From the IMG/VR virus record IMGVR_UViG_3300002835_000011: 55,419 nt of DNA. One strand, 5' to 3'. A program made the position numbers and the translations under genes. Below, one piece after another: positions 18,092-27,785 of the stretch (the stretch's first letter is position 1; every line of letters begins with the position of its first letter). The DNA comes from an uncultured virus (IMG/VR IMGVR_UViG_3300002835_000011) (Duplodnaviria; Heunggongvirae; Uroviricota; Caudoviricetes). Below the pieces are notes generated by a model. It had not been told where the DNA came from, made no database searches, and saw nothing but the letters and a program-made list of their open reading frames with translations.

Positions 18092-19675
18092 CTAATCCTC
18101 AGTTACTCTGCCCAGTTTCTTTAAAGCTCCCGCTTTTTTAACAGTTCCAGTTGCAGCAGCTGTTGCTGCATCAGGCGTAACTTCTTGTGCAACAACCTCA
18201 GAGAATTTAACTCCAATGATAGCAGATGCTAAAACCTTTTCTGGAATGTCGTCTAACTGTATTAATGCGTAAACAAATCTTCCTCCGTTCATCGATTCCT
18301 TTTCTGCTTTTCCTATAAATTCATTCCATTGATCTATATCAGAAAAAACCTGACATCCTGCAGACCATGGTCCCACACATACACCAACTCCTTTAGTTGA
18401 TGATCTGTGTATGTGCATTCCACAACTTTCAGTATACTCGTCAGCCGGCTTATAAGTTTCGAATTTTGTAACTCCCACTGGATATCTACCAACTCTAATC
18501 TCTTTATACTCAACCATCATCTTGTACTTAGTTTTACCTCCAAGCGTCGCCTCTTGTAAAACATATAAGGTGTCTCCAGGTAGTTTTATACCAACACCCT
18601 TAGGATTCATTGGATTTTTACCATAATAAGCCAAACTTGGTACTGTTGTTATTTGGTAAGGAGTTATAATATCACCTAAACTAGCAGGAGGAGTTGGTCC
18701 AGTTGGACCAGTCGGTAATGCTGGTTGTTCACTAGCAGCTTTTACTATATTTTGAGCAGAAGCTATCACTCCGCCTCCCTTGGGCTTATCATCCTTAACT
18801 ATTCCTAATTTTTTTCCTATCCACGTAAGTCCTGCTCCTATACCTAGAAAATCTTCATATAGTTCTATAAATCTCGATTCAGATATTTCACCCTCTTCTA
18901 TAAGTTCTTTATGTTGTATAAGGAAATTCCTCTCTCTTCCCATTTCTTCGAACTTACCGAAACTCCATAAGCCAGACTCAGAAAGATATTCCAATTCATT
19001 TATTCTATAATCAATCGATTCCACTATAGAATATGATTCATTCTTTTTTTCGCCTTTTTTGCTCTTAATTCTAGAAAATACATCCTCCTTTTTAGGTTCT
19101 TTATTAACTGTTTCAGCAGGTCCTGTAGAGCCAGTAGGTCCAGTAGATCCGGTAGATCCTGTTCCAGCATCTGTACCATCGCTGGCATTTCCTGGAATAA
19201 AATAAAGAGCGTCGCAGAATCTATCCTGATTTATTGCTTCTTTCTTTATTGCTAATTTATTTCTTACACCAACTATTATAGACCTCTTCTCGTTTAGCTC
19301 TTTTAGAGATTTCTCGTAGTTTCCTATTTGTTTTTCGTGTAAGTATTCAAGTAATATCTTAATGGTTAATACTGAAAGATCACCCTTATCCATTTTATAT
19401 CCCTCGGATGCTCCACATCCTTTATATGGTAGTGATTCCTTAACCTCTTTATTAGTCTGATCTATAATGCTATCAACTCCGCCAGTTAATCCTTTAACAT
19501 CACCAAATAGATTCTGAACTATACCTAAAGCAATTCTAGATCTTGCTTCCTTATCAGTCTCTGGCTTAGCTAAATTTTCACCCGGAGTAGCTGCAGCTGA
19601 TCCGGTAGCTCCTGATTCCTCAGTTTGCTCGTTCATAAATTGATCAAACGAGAGTATCTTAATATTCTTTTCCAT
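18092..19675 (-). CDS. Tagged protein with a YkuD/L,D-transpeptidase-like catalytic domain interrupted by low-complexity inserts
   Basis: IH-X14-SAGCQV matches the YkuD His/Cys motif; VGVRN...DRFCD; GST/GPT linkers; tag ILSFDQFMNE. Confidence 0.6.
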   Translation of the reverse strand: MEKNIKILSFDQFMNEQTEESGATGSAAATPGENLAKPETDKEARSRIALGIVQNLFGDVKGLTGGVDSIIDQTNKEVKESLPYKGCGASEGYKMDKGDLSVLTIKILLEYLHEKQIGNYEKSLKELNEKRSIIVGVRNKLAIKKEAINQDRFCDALYFIPGNASDGTDAGTGSTGSTGPTGSTGPAETVNKEPKKEDVFSRIKSKKGEKKNESYSIVESIDYRINELEYLSESGLWSFGKFEEMGRERNFLIQHKELIEEGEISESRFIELYEDFLGIGAGLTWIGKKLGIVKDDKPKGGGVIASAQNIVKAASEQPALPTGPTGPTPPASLGDIITPYQITTVPSLAYYGKNPMNPKGVGIKLPGDTLYVLQEATLGGKTKYKMMVEYKEIRVGRYPVGVTKFETYKPADEYTESCGMHIHRSSTKGVGVCVGPWSAGCQVFSDIDQWNEFIGKAEKESMNGGRFVYALIQLDDIPEKVLASAIIGVKFSEVVAQEVTPDAATAAATGTVKKAGALKKLGRVTED

Positions 19676-19679
19676 ACTC

Positions 19680-19687
19680 TATATATC
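19680..19687 (-). promoter_or_regulatory. GATATATA putative late promoter
   Basis: Exact motif 4 nt upstream of ATG 19675. Confidence 0.6.
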
Positions 19688-19695
19688 AATTTATA

Positions 19696-20019
19696 TTACC
19701 TAGATTTTTTTATCAAGAAAGACATCACCACAGATATAAATGATATTAATCCAGATCCTATAAAAGAACAAAGAATAGCGTCCAGAGGAAATGATAATCC
19801 ATAAAACTCTAAACATACCCCCCCGAATTTTAAATCATTAAACATTGGATAAAGCGCTAAAGAAACCCAAAAAGAAGTGCACTGGTAACAACTAAGCATA
19901 TCCCCAATAAAAGGCAATCTTATAATTGTCCAATTTCTAAAATTTTCAAATATCTTAGATGATACTAATATATGGGTAAGTCCCCATATAGAAAGAATAT
20001 AAAATACAAAGACCTCCAT
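19696..20019 (-). CDS. Small membrane protein (DUF1360-like)
   Basis: Hydrophobic 107 aa with LSCYQCTSFW. Confidence 0.65.
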   Translation of the reverse strand: MEVFVFYILSIWGLTHILVSSKIFENFRNWTIIRLPFIGDMLSCYQCTSFWVSLALYPMFNDLKFGGVCLEFYGLSFPLDAILCSFIGSGLISFISVVMSFLIKKSR

Positions 20020-20024
20020 AATTA

Positions 20025-21068
20025 TTATTTAAAAATATCATATTCACCAAGCTCCTTAATAAAAGCTATCTCATCTTTACTAAGATCAGTTGGTATTTTA
20101 ATGTTTAGCTCTACTAAAAAATCGCCTCTCCCTCCGTATCCAAGATTTGGTATTCCTCTTTGGGAAAACTTAAGAACCGTACCGGGTACAGTTCCTGGTG
20201 ATACAATTGCCTTTAATCTCTCACCATCAGGCATTTGTACGTCTATATTAGTTCCTAGAACAGCTTCGATAAACGTTATCTGTTTTGCTGCTATTAAATC
20301 TGTTCCCTTTCTTACAAAATTATCATCAGGCACCTCTCTTATTTTAACATAGAGATCTCCCGGAAGTCCATTACCTTTCCCCTCGTTACCTTTGTTAGAA
20401 ACAACAAATTGCATACCATCAGAAGCACCGGCTGGTATGTTTATGTCTATAATGTCTTCATTAGGTAAAACACCCTTACCTAAGCAGTCTAAACAATATT
20501 CCAATATAGATCTTCCGGTTCCGCTACAGGCATTACAAACTGTAACAGAATTTATCTGGACAAATCCATTCATTCTATTTACAGCAATATGCCCCATACC
20601 GTTACAAGTTCCACAGGTTTGAAAAGAAACACCGCCCTCAGCACCAGTAGCTTCGCACGATTTACACTTCTTATCTCTTCTGAGTTTTATTCTCTTTTCG
20701 ACACCGTTTAGTATATCTGTTAGACTTACTTTAAGTGTTATATTAAGATGTGATCCTTTAGGATCTTGTGGTGCGGAAGGATTGTAATGGTCGAAAAAAG
20801 GATCCCGGTAACTGTTATTATTGTAATTATTACCAAATCCAAATCCAGCAAAAGCATCCTGGAAGGATCTTTTCCTGTCATATTCTTTTCTCTTGGCAGG
20901 ATCACCAAGATTTTCATAAGCTTCAGTTATTTTTTTAAATTTCTCCTCAGCTCCAGATTCCTTGTTTTTATCAGGATGGTATTTTTTTGCCAGGGATCTG
21001 TAAGATTTTTTTATAGATTCCTGGTCGGCATTTTCATTTACGCCTAGAATTTGGTAGTAATTATCCAA
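20025..21068 (-). CDS. dnaJ: DnaJ chaperone
   Basis: J domain with HPD, four CxxCxGxG-type repeats and a DnaJ C-terminal domain; TTG start. Confidence 0.92.
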   Translation of the reverse strand: MDNYYQILGVNENADQESIKKSYRSLAKKYHPDKNKESGAEEKFKKITEAYENLGDPAKRKEYDRKRSFQDAFAGFGFGNNYNNNSYRDPFFDHYNPSAPQDPKGSHLNITLKVSLTDILNGVEKRIKLRRDKKCKSCEATGAEGGVSFQTCGTCNGMGHIAVNRMNGFVQINSVTVCNACSGTGRSILEYCLDCLGKGVLPNEDIIDINIPAGASDGMQFVVSNKGNEGKGNGLPGDLYVKIREVPDDNFVRKGTDLIAAKQITFIEAVLGTNIDVQMPDGERLKAIVSPGTVPGTVLKFSQRGIPNLGYGGRGDFLVELNIKIPTDLSKDEIAFIKELGEYDIFK

Positions 21069-21207
21069 GTTTATTTCCTTTTTCGTGATTTATAGAAAAT
21101 ATATCGAAAATAATCCTAGGGAATTCATAGAAAAAAATGACAGAAAAAACTAAAAACCCAAGTACTAGATACAAAGGAAACATAAAAGCTCTCCTCAATA
21201 GATCCAT
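21061..21207 (-). CDS. Small membrane protein, 48 aa, not in the ORF track
   Basis: Translated by hand: [48 protein letters not shown]; fills the gap between 21210 and the dnaJ start. Confidence 0.55.
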   Translation of the reverse strand: MDLLRRAFMFPLYLVLGFLVFSVIFFYEFPRIIFDIFSINHEKGNKLG

Positions 21208-21209
21208 AA

Positions 21210-21416
21210 CTAATCGGGGTATTTTTCATTTAGCTTCTTCATGAATGAAACAATATTATTACCTTCTGTCAAACTATCGAAAGAATATCCAAGCTCTTCC
21301 ATTTCTTTTTCTAAATCTACCTCAGGATAATTTTCTCTTATTCCCTCCATTATGGATATAAGATAAATCTCATTATCCGGATTTAATTTAGAATTAGTCA
21401 AATCTATTTCTTCCAT
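21210..21416 (-). CDS. Hypothetical acidic protein
   Basis: 68 aa ORF overlapping the end of uvsE. Confidence 0.6.
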   Translation of the reverse strand: MEEIDLTNSKLNPDNEIYLISIMEGIRENYPEVDLEKEMEELGYSFDSLTEGNNIVSFMKKLNEKYPD

Positions 21417-22321
21417 TCCTCTAAGTATTTCAATAAGGCGAGATCTTTCATCTTCACCTCTAATTCTATATCGAAAACTCGATCATAAGTTTCTATTTTA
21501 CTCCATATCCAATCAGAGTGTGCTACATCTTTAGCACTAGAATCTTCAAAAAGTTTTCTCGAATCTGAAAAATGTGTTAGAGCTACAATGTTATCTGGCC
21601 AAGTAGATATACAAAGATCTAAAGCATCTATTTCAGATAAGTTGTCCGGATTACATTTATGATGTAAAAAATCATACGTTAAAGGTATTCCATACTCTTT
21701 ATATATCATATTATACAAATCACTTGGAGTGAATTGACTTTTCTTGTCGTCATTCTCTACAACAAGTCTTTTTTTAACACTTTCAGGGAGGATCTCGAAA
21801 GAAGCAAGAAACCTTTTAGCTGCTTCTTCCTTTGTTGGCTTAGTTGTGTTTATATGTATGTTTATAGGATACTTATGTGTTCTTTCTAATCCCATTAAAT
21901 CCATTATCTCCGCATGTTGTCTTAGTTCTTTAATAGACTTTTCAACAACTGCCGGATTTTCTGATGCTATCACACAATACGGAGACGGATGGAAGCTTAA
22001 TCTTTGGTCTAGCTGTTTAGATAGATCACCAGCAATTTGGAGATTGTTTTTAATTAATGTGTAATCAGGTAAATCACATATCTCGTATTCAGACATCCAA
22101 GGAAACATATCTGAACTCATTCGATACATTCTTATTCCCTTATCACCATTAAATCTGATTATCTTTATAAGATCTTCTGTGTTCTTTAGACAAAGCTCAG
22201 AAACGTATGAAATTCCCTTTTCTAGGAATGTTTTTTTAATCATACCTCTATTTGTCGTTACCTTTTCTTTCTCTAGGGAAAGACAAAGACAACAGTATCC
22301 CATTCTATTCTCGTATATCAT
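21404..22321 (-). CDS. uvsE: UV-damage endonuclease
   Basis: YRMSSDMFPW, RLSFHP, LVVENDDK, DFLHH, AHSD and EVKMKD motifs of the UvsE/UVDE family. Confidence 0.9.
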   Translation of the reverse strand: MIYENRMGYCCLCLSLEKEKVTTNRGMIKKTFLEKGISYVSELCLKNTEDLIKIIRFNGDKGIRMYRMSSDMFPWMSEYEICDLPDYTLIKNNLQIAGDLSKQLDQRLSFHPSPYCVIASENPAVVEKSIKELRQHAEIMDLMGLERTHKYPINIHINTTKPTKEEAAKRFLASFEILPESVKKRLVVENDDKKSQFTPSDLYNMIYKEYGIPLTYDFLHHKCNPDNLSEIDALDLCISTWPDNIVALTHFSDSRKLFEDSSAKDVAHSDWIWSKIETYDRVFDIELEVKMKDLALLKYLEEWKK

Positions 22322-22335
22322 ACCATAAAGGTAGA

Positions 22336-23076
22336 TTAAAAATTCTTAAGAGTCTGGATGATTTTGAATCTTTCTCTGGCGTTTAGATCGTCAATATTTT
22401 CTTTTCCTGTTTCTCTCTTCATTAATTTCTTAAATTTAACAGGATCAGATGAAGCACCTGACTGATCAGCGAATTGTCTAACATCCCTTCTTGAAGGTAT
22501 AAGATCTATAACCCATGCCTTTATTGGAATATTATATTGAAGTGCTAAATTTGCTCTTCTATTTCCAGAAAATAAATAATAACTAGATTCTTCGGATGTT
22601 CTAGTCTCTCCGAAGTTTATGAATTTGATTACAATAGGAGCTGGTAAATCGATAGTTCCTTTTTTCTTTAACTCCTCAGTTGTTTTAATAAGAACATCTC
22701 CATAAGCTCTACCATATGCACCATTTACTATGTTATCATATTCGTAAACCATGAAATTTTGTATGCTATTAACATCAAAGCTAGATTCAGAAACAATTGG
22801 AATATTTTCAAGCCTTCCTTTTCTAAAAGGCTCTAAAATATATCTATAAAATTTTGTAGATCTAGCTGGGGATTTTCCAATGTCTTTGTTACCGATAGTT
22901 ATATTATGCTGATAAAATTCTAGTTTGGCTTTATCATCATAATGCTCTATCTCCTCCGCAAGATCTGGTTTAATCCAATTAATGCTTAATTTCTTGGAAC
23001 TAGGAGTAGACTGGCTCAAAGGAGCTTCTGCTGGAGCTTCTTGCTCTACAATAAAATCTTTTAACCTTAAAATCAT
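22336..23076 (-). CDS. Tagged protein with a ParB/sulfiredoxin-like motif
   Basis: APIVIK...YYLFSGNRRA...IKAWVI; starts MILRLKDFIVE. Confidence 0.55.
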   Translation of the reverse strand: MILRLKDFIVEQEAPAEAPLSQSTPSSKKLSINWIKPDLAEEIEHYDDKAKLEFYQHNITIGNKDIGKSPARSTKFYRYILEPFRKGRLENIPIVSESSFDVNSIQNFMVYEYDNIVNGAYGRAYGDVLIKTTEELKKKGTIDLPAPIVIKFINFGETRTSEESSYYLFSGNRRANLALQYNIPIKAWVIDLIPSRRDVRQFADQSGASSDPVKFKKLMKRETGKENIDDLNARERFKIIQTLKNF

Positions 23077-23081
23077 TATTT

Positions 23082-23089
23082 TATATATC
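23082..23089 (-). promoter_or_regulatory. GATATATA putative late promoter
   Basis: Exact motif 5 nt upstream of ATG 23076. Confidence 0.6.
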
Positions 23090-23107
23090 CATTTATTTTA
23101 GATAAAT

Positions 23108-24892
23108 CTAATTATTAGAAAGCCATTTTTTTCTCAATTCAGACGAATCACCAAAAGCCATCTCCAGTTTATCTTTACTATCTTCGCTTTCCTCTATGGA
23201 TATCAATGATTTATTGGTCATAACCCATTCCCAATCCTCAAGTGATAGAGATCCTAATCCCTTAAGATATCTGATGTTACCCGACGGTTTTGCAGCTTTG
23301 AATTCATCCAAATCCCAGTAATATTTTCTTCTTTTTAGATCCCCTACAGATACAAGAGGTATTTTCAAAAAGCTAAGTCTCCTGGATCTTATCACCATAG
23401 GAAACCATTTATAGAACAAGTTTATTAGGAGGGAGGTTATGTGTGATCCATCTGGATCCGGATCTGTTGCTATAACTATCTTTTTATACCCAACCACTTC
23501 CATATTTCTTGCTGTTGGATCTAACCCAAGTATCTGCATCAGTTCTAATATTTCTTTATTATCTGATAGATCTCCTATATTCTTACAATTTTTTATTTTA
23601 CCCTTTAGAGCATACACGCCATCTTCCTTGGGATTTCTTTTCTGTAAAATTGAGCCCATCGCAGATAATCCCTCAACAATAAAAAGGTTTTCTGCAATTG
23701 ATTTTTGAGCTGGAAAATATTTATGTGAATGCTTTAGATTTACTTTCCTCTTTTCAGATCTTAGCTTTTTAACATACCCATCATTCTTTCTTTCCTCTAC
23801 CTTTTTAAGTATTCTCTCAAATAGATCAGTTTTAAAAAATCCCTGTAGCTTAGCTCCAAATTTGTTTATTAACAGATTTTCTATTTCCTCCCTCGTTGTT
23901 ACAAATCTAGTTTTATTCTGATCCCCAAATTTAACATACTTAGGAGAAAGGTTTAAAACAATCATTGAATCATAAAAGTGGTGACCGAGTGTATCATCCA
24001 GTTTGGCGTTTATAAAGTCATTAACTATCTTTTGATGTATACCAGTACACATGGCAGAATTTACAAAACTTACCGACCCTGATCCCTCGTATTTTTCCCA
24101 TATAGTTACCTGACCTATATCAGTATTTACTTTAAAAGAATTCTCCGGAAGGAAAGATACATTTAAATCTAGAAGCTCGTCATCCCAGAATAATTCGATA
24201 ATCAAGTTGCTAAGAATAGGATCTCTTTTTATGAGGTCATATTTCAGTATCAAAGTGGAATATAAAACTTCCTTATCCCATTTATCACCACCAAAAACAT
24301 CAGAAAGTGGTTTGAAAGAAACTGTTGTTCCCGTATTTGTTTTTGAAGCGTTCTTACTTATTTTAGGACTACTCCCTTCGTAATTTTTCCACTCTTGGAA
24401 GTAATAGGATTTCTCATTTATTGTTTCTATCGAAAAATATTTAGATAGTACATTTACAAGACTAACCCCCATTCCGTTGGTTCCCACTAAAGATTCTTCG
24501 ACATCGTCATTTTCGAAGTTAGATCCTGCTCTTAATTGGGAAACCGCCGTTTCGATATTTGTTTTACCACTAACCTTATTGATGTCTGTCCCTTTATAAA
24601 ATCCGTTACCCGTATCTCTAACATAAACGCTATTATCTTTAGAGTTAACAGAAACATGTATAGATTTCATCTTGCCTTTCATGCGTTTAGCTTCGTCTAA
24701 CGCATTAGAAAAGACCTCGTCGAATAATTTATACATTCCAACTGAAATCTTCTTAGATTCAATAAAAATCTTGTTATTTCTTATTATAGGAACCTTCTCG
24801 TCAGTTGGTTTTACACTCCCCACATAAACAGTAGGTCTTAATAATATGTGTTCTCTCTCGGAGAGAACTTTAATCTCTTTTTTTGATGACAT
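23108..24892 (-). CDS. Type II DNA topoisomerase ATPase/TOPRIM subunit (gp39+gp60/GyrB-like)
   Basis: EHILLRPTVYVGS, EVFSNALDE, GTNGMG, VEGLSA, TDPDPDGSHI, RYLKGLGS. Confidence 0.92.
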   Translation of the reverse strand: MSSKKEIKVLSEREHILLRPTVYVGSVKPTDEKVPIIRNNKIFIESKKISVGMYKLFDEVFSNALDEAKRMKGKMKSIHVSVNSKDNSVYVRDTGNGFYKGTDINKVSGKTNIETAVSQLRAGSNFENDDVEESLVGTNGMGVSLVNVLSKYFSIETINEKSYYFQEWKNYEGSSPKISKNASKTNTGTTVSFKPLSDVFGGDKWDKEVLYSTLILKYDLIKRDPILSNLIIELFWDDELLDLNVSFLPENSFKVNTDIGQVTIWEKYEGSGSVSFVNSAMCTGIHQKIVNDFINAKLDDTLGHHFYDSMIVLNLSPKYVKFGDQNKTRFVTTREEIENLLINKFGAKLQGFFKTDLFERILKKVEERKNDGYVKKLRSEKRKVNLKHSHKYFPAQKSIAENLFIVEGLSAMGSILQKRNPKEDGVYALKGKIKNCKNIGDLSDNKEILELMQILGLDPTARNMEVVGYKKIVIATDPDPDGSHITSLLINLFYKWFPMVIRSRRLSFLKIPLVSVGDLKRRKYYWDLDEFKAAKPSGNIRYLKGLGSLSLEDWEWVMTNKSLISIEESEDSKDKLEMAFGDSSELRKKWLSNN

Positions 24893-24898
24893 ACATTA

Positions 24899-24927
24899 AT
24901 TATAAAATCGACAGGGGAAAAAGTTTC
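24899..24927 (-). promoter_or_regulatory. GAAAC-N18-TATAAT putative early/middle promoter
   Basis: 6 nt upstream of the topoisomerase B-subunit ATG. Confidence 0.65.
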
Positions 24928-25320
24928 TCACATTAACCTATAGATGAGACCTTCATTTATCATATTTTTCTTGCATGTCCCTCCTTTGAGCTCCACTACG
25001 GTATCTGCAGATTCATGCTCAAATTTTTCGCACTCGTTAAGCTCACAGGGATTACAATTGTGATATATCTTTTCGATTTTTCCGTCTTTTATGAATATAA
25101 TATCCAGTGGAATTAAACATCCTTTCATATGGAAAGAAACTGGACCAGACTCTTTAAAATCAAAAAGCATACCTTCATTTTCGAGTAGATCTTCCCTTTC
25201 AGATAATCCTTTTGGGAAGTTTTTACACTCTTCTAAAATAAAGGTATGCTTTCCTATTTTTGCAATATGGAAATCTTCAAAATCCATATGATTATAAGTT
25301 GAATTTATTTGATGAAGCAC
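24928..25320 (-). CDS. DUF192 family protein (true start probably 25287)
   Basis: KGLSER, GMLFDF, FHMKGCLIPLDIIFI, VVELKGG. Confidence 0.8.
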   Translation of the reverse strand: MLHQINSTYNHMDFEDFHIAKIGKHTFILEECKNFPKGLSEREDLLENEGMLFDFKESGPVSFHMKGCLIPLDIIFIKDGKIEKIYHNCNPCELNECEKFEHESADTVVELKGGTCKKNMINEGLIYRLM

Positions 25321-25790
25321 TCATCAATCATTTCAGGTGTAAGCTCAACAATAACGTTCTTTTTTCTTAAAGAATAAGGTATTGCAATAATAACACCTCT
25401 TGTCTGATCTATATCCTTAACAATAAATTCAGAATCTACAAAGATGTTTCTAGTTGGCTCATCAGCTGTTCTGCTTCTATCCCCCATGTAAACATCTGTT
25501 TCAGGATCGTACATATCCTCATCATAATCCTTCCCAGGATCGTATCCCATTTCAGCATAAACATCTCTTAGATATGCAGGGGTATTTTTTCCTTGTGTAG
25601 GTATCTCAGCAACAACAGTAACTTCTGAAAGTGTACCGTTAGCAATCTGACTTAAGAATGATTGTACTTCACCTATGAATTTATTTCTCTTTATAGTTCT
25701 TTCTGGTTGTGTACTAGTTCCTCTGAAAAGAGGAATACCAACGTTATAAACTGATTCATTAATAAATTCTAAAAATCTCAGGATTCTCAT
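25305..25790 (-). CDS. Hypothetical tagged protein
   Basis: 161 aa; starts MRILRFLEFINES. Confidence 0.75.
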   Translation of the reverse strand: MRILRFLEFINESVYNVGIPLFRGTSTQPERTIKRNKFIGEVQSFLSQIANGTLSEVTVVAEIPTQGKNTPAYLRDVYAEMGYDPGKDYDEDMYDPETDVYMGDRSRTADEPTRNIFVDSEFIVKDIDQTRGVIIAIPYSLRKKNVIVELTPEMIDECFIK

Positions 25791-25807
25791 TATATAACTT
25801 TTTATGT

Positions 25808-25815
25808 TATATATC
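25808..25815 (-). promoter_or_regulatory. GATATATA putative late promoter
   Basis: Exact motif 17 nt upstream of ATG 25790. Confidence 0.65.
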
Positions 25816-27081
25816 CTAAGACTCCTGCAATTCTTCTTTTTCTTCCTCTACCGATTCTCTTCCAATTGCTTTGTTGTAAAATTCTATGTTTTTATGGATC
25901 CTATCCTGCTCGTTTTTAGGGATCTTACCAAACACAGGAGAGTTAATAAGAATTGTTGTTGTCTTATGAGCTTCCTCTGCATTACCGTTATAGTATGCAA
26001 GAACTGAATACTCATCAGGCATTCTCCATTTCCATATATCATCCTCAACAAACAAGATATCTGAGCAAGGTCCAGTTTTCATACCAACTGAAGATAGAGC
26101 AAAAGCTAGAGCATATCTTTTTCTTGATCCTAAAAATTTAATCAAGTGGTACAAAGCTTCCAATCTATTTGGTCTATATTCCCAAGCTTTCAAGTAAGCA
26201 TCTATAATCTCCTGATCTGGACTTTCCATAGTTTGTTTCTGTCTAGCTATCCAATATTTTGAGATGTATATTTCTTCGTTCCACCCACCAAGATCTATTC
26301 TTCTTTGATAAGCTTCTATAGATCTCTGGTGCATTCCAGCATCTCTATAGCTTTGAGCCATATAAAAAACATATCTTCTCTCAAGATCTATTGGAAGATC
26401 TTCCTTAGGTGTTGTTAATATAGCTTTTTCAAAGATCAAAGCATCATTGTAGTACTTATCTTTACCTTTAATATCTCTATTGTGTCCAGAAACTGAAGCG
26501 TGCATCTCTATACCATCTAGGAAATCCTCCTCCAATTGCATATCCTCCGGACCTGAAAGATACTCATGAAGTACTCCAACATATTTCCAGTTCTGATCAC
26601 CACGTACTAATTGTGTTCTATAATAAGCTAGTGAGCCTAAACGAATTTTAATCTTATAGAAATCTTTAGAGATGTTTAAGAATGGATTTACTTCAGGGTT
26701 TTCGATGAATAAAACATCATCCGCATCTATAATTAATCTATAGTCTGCCTTATCCTTAGAATAGTTTAAACTCTCAGTTCTGTTGTGTCCAAAATCTACC
26801 CAAGGTCTCTCGTGTAACTCTCCAGGAATCCCATATTCTTCCATTATTTCCTTTATTAGGTCTTGAGTTCCGTCGGTAGATCCAGTATCTACTATAACCC
26901 AATAACTAATATAGTCCTTCACAGAATCTATACATCTTCTAATTACCTGGGATTCATTCTTAACTATCATCGTTAGACAGATAGTTGGCTGCGATTTTTC
27001 TTCTTGAGATTTTTCTTGAATAATAGGCTCCACCTGGTTAATTTCCGCGGGGATGGTTTTTTCTTTTTTGTTTTTAGACAT
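25816..27081 (-). CDS. Family 2 glycosyltransferase with TPR-like C-terminus
   Basis: CLTMIVKNE, VDTGSTDGT, IDADD (DxD), GVLHE; helical repeats follow. Confidence 0.85.
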   Translation of the reverse strand: MSKNKKEKTIPAEINQVEPIIQEKSQEEKSQPTICLTMIVKNESQVIRRCIDSVKDYISYWVIVDTGSTDGTQDLIKEIMEEYGIPGELHERPWVDFGHNRTESLNYSKDKADYRLIIDADDVLFIENPEVNPFLNISKDFYKIKIRLGSLAYYRTQLVRGDQNWKYVGVLHEYLSGPEDMQLEEDFLDGIEMHASVSGHNRDIKGKDKYYNDALIFEKAILTTPKEDLPIDLERRYVFYMAQSYRDAGMHQRSIEAYQRRIDLGGWNEEIYISKYWIARQKQTMESPDQEIIDAYLKAWEYRPNRLEALYHLIKFLGSRKRYALAFALSSVGMKTGPCSDILFVEDDIWKWRMPDEYSVLAYYNGNAEEAHKTTTILINSPVFGKIPKNEQDRIHKNIEFYNKAIGRESVEEEKEELQES

Positions 27082-27117
27082 TTTTTTTAGGTTTAAAAGT
27101 TATACTAAAAAATCCAA

Positions 27118-27777
27118 TTAAATTTCATTAAGTTTTTTGAATATTAGATCCGACACCTCATCTAATCTTCTGTTTGCTGATATTTCCAAGAAATCCGATC
27201 CATTTCTCATAGATTCTATCATAGGAAGAGTCTGTTCGTTATATTCATTCATTCTTTTATTGAATGCTTTTTCATTCTTATCATCAGATCTTCCTGAAGA
27301 TTTGCCCCTTTCCATTATTCTTTTCTTTAGGATTTCTTCTGGTGCATTTAAGAAGAAAACATAAACAAGTTTTAGCTTATTAACAGCGCATATTTCATTA
27401 AAAATATCCTTCTGAGCTAAATTCCTAGGATATCCATCAAATATAAATCCCTTAGGATCATGTGTTTTTGAATATTCTTTAAGATATGAAATCAGTTCCT
27501 TTCCTACTAAATCATCGGGTAGAAGTTCTCCAGTTTTCATCATCTTCTTTATATCCTTATTATCGGATGCTCTTAAGATATCACCAGTGGAAACGTGCTT
27601 CCATCTCATGCCCTTAGCTATTATATTTGACTGGGTTCCTTTTCCACATCCTGGAGGGCCAGTAATAATTATACAAGGAACCTCTTCCAGATTCTCTTTT
27701 CCATCTATATCGCCATACTCTTTTACAAAGTCTTTAAACGAATCTATCTTTCTGGTCGAATTTTTCTTTTTTTCCAT
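27118..27777 (-). CDS. adk: Adenylate kinase with a tagged N-terminal extension
   Basis: GPPGCGKGTQ, STGDILR, FDGYPR, GRSDD; ATG 27777 chosen just after the nrdA stop; extension contains KIDSFKDFVKE. Confidence 0.88.
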   Translation of the reverse strand: MEKKKNSTRKIDSFKDFVKEYGDIDGKENLEEVPCIIITGPPGCGKGTQSNIIAKGMRWKHVSTGDILRASDNKDIKKMMKTGELLPDDLVGKELISYLKEYSKTHDPKGFIFDGYPRNLAQKDIFNEICAVNKLKLVYVFFLNAPEEILKKRIMERGKSSGRSDDKNEKAFNKRMNEYNEQTLPMIESMRNGSDFLEISANRRLDEVSDLIFKKLNEI

Positions 27778-27785
27778 ATTACTAT

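Noticed and set aside
18690..19170. Collagen-like G-x-T repeats
   Set aside because: Only a few triplets in each of two patches; too short for a triple helix and better read as flexible linkers
21700..21707. Exact GATATATA inside uvsE
   Set aside because: Mid-gene and about 280 nt from the next start; compatible with chance in AT-rich DNA
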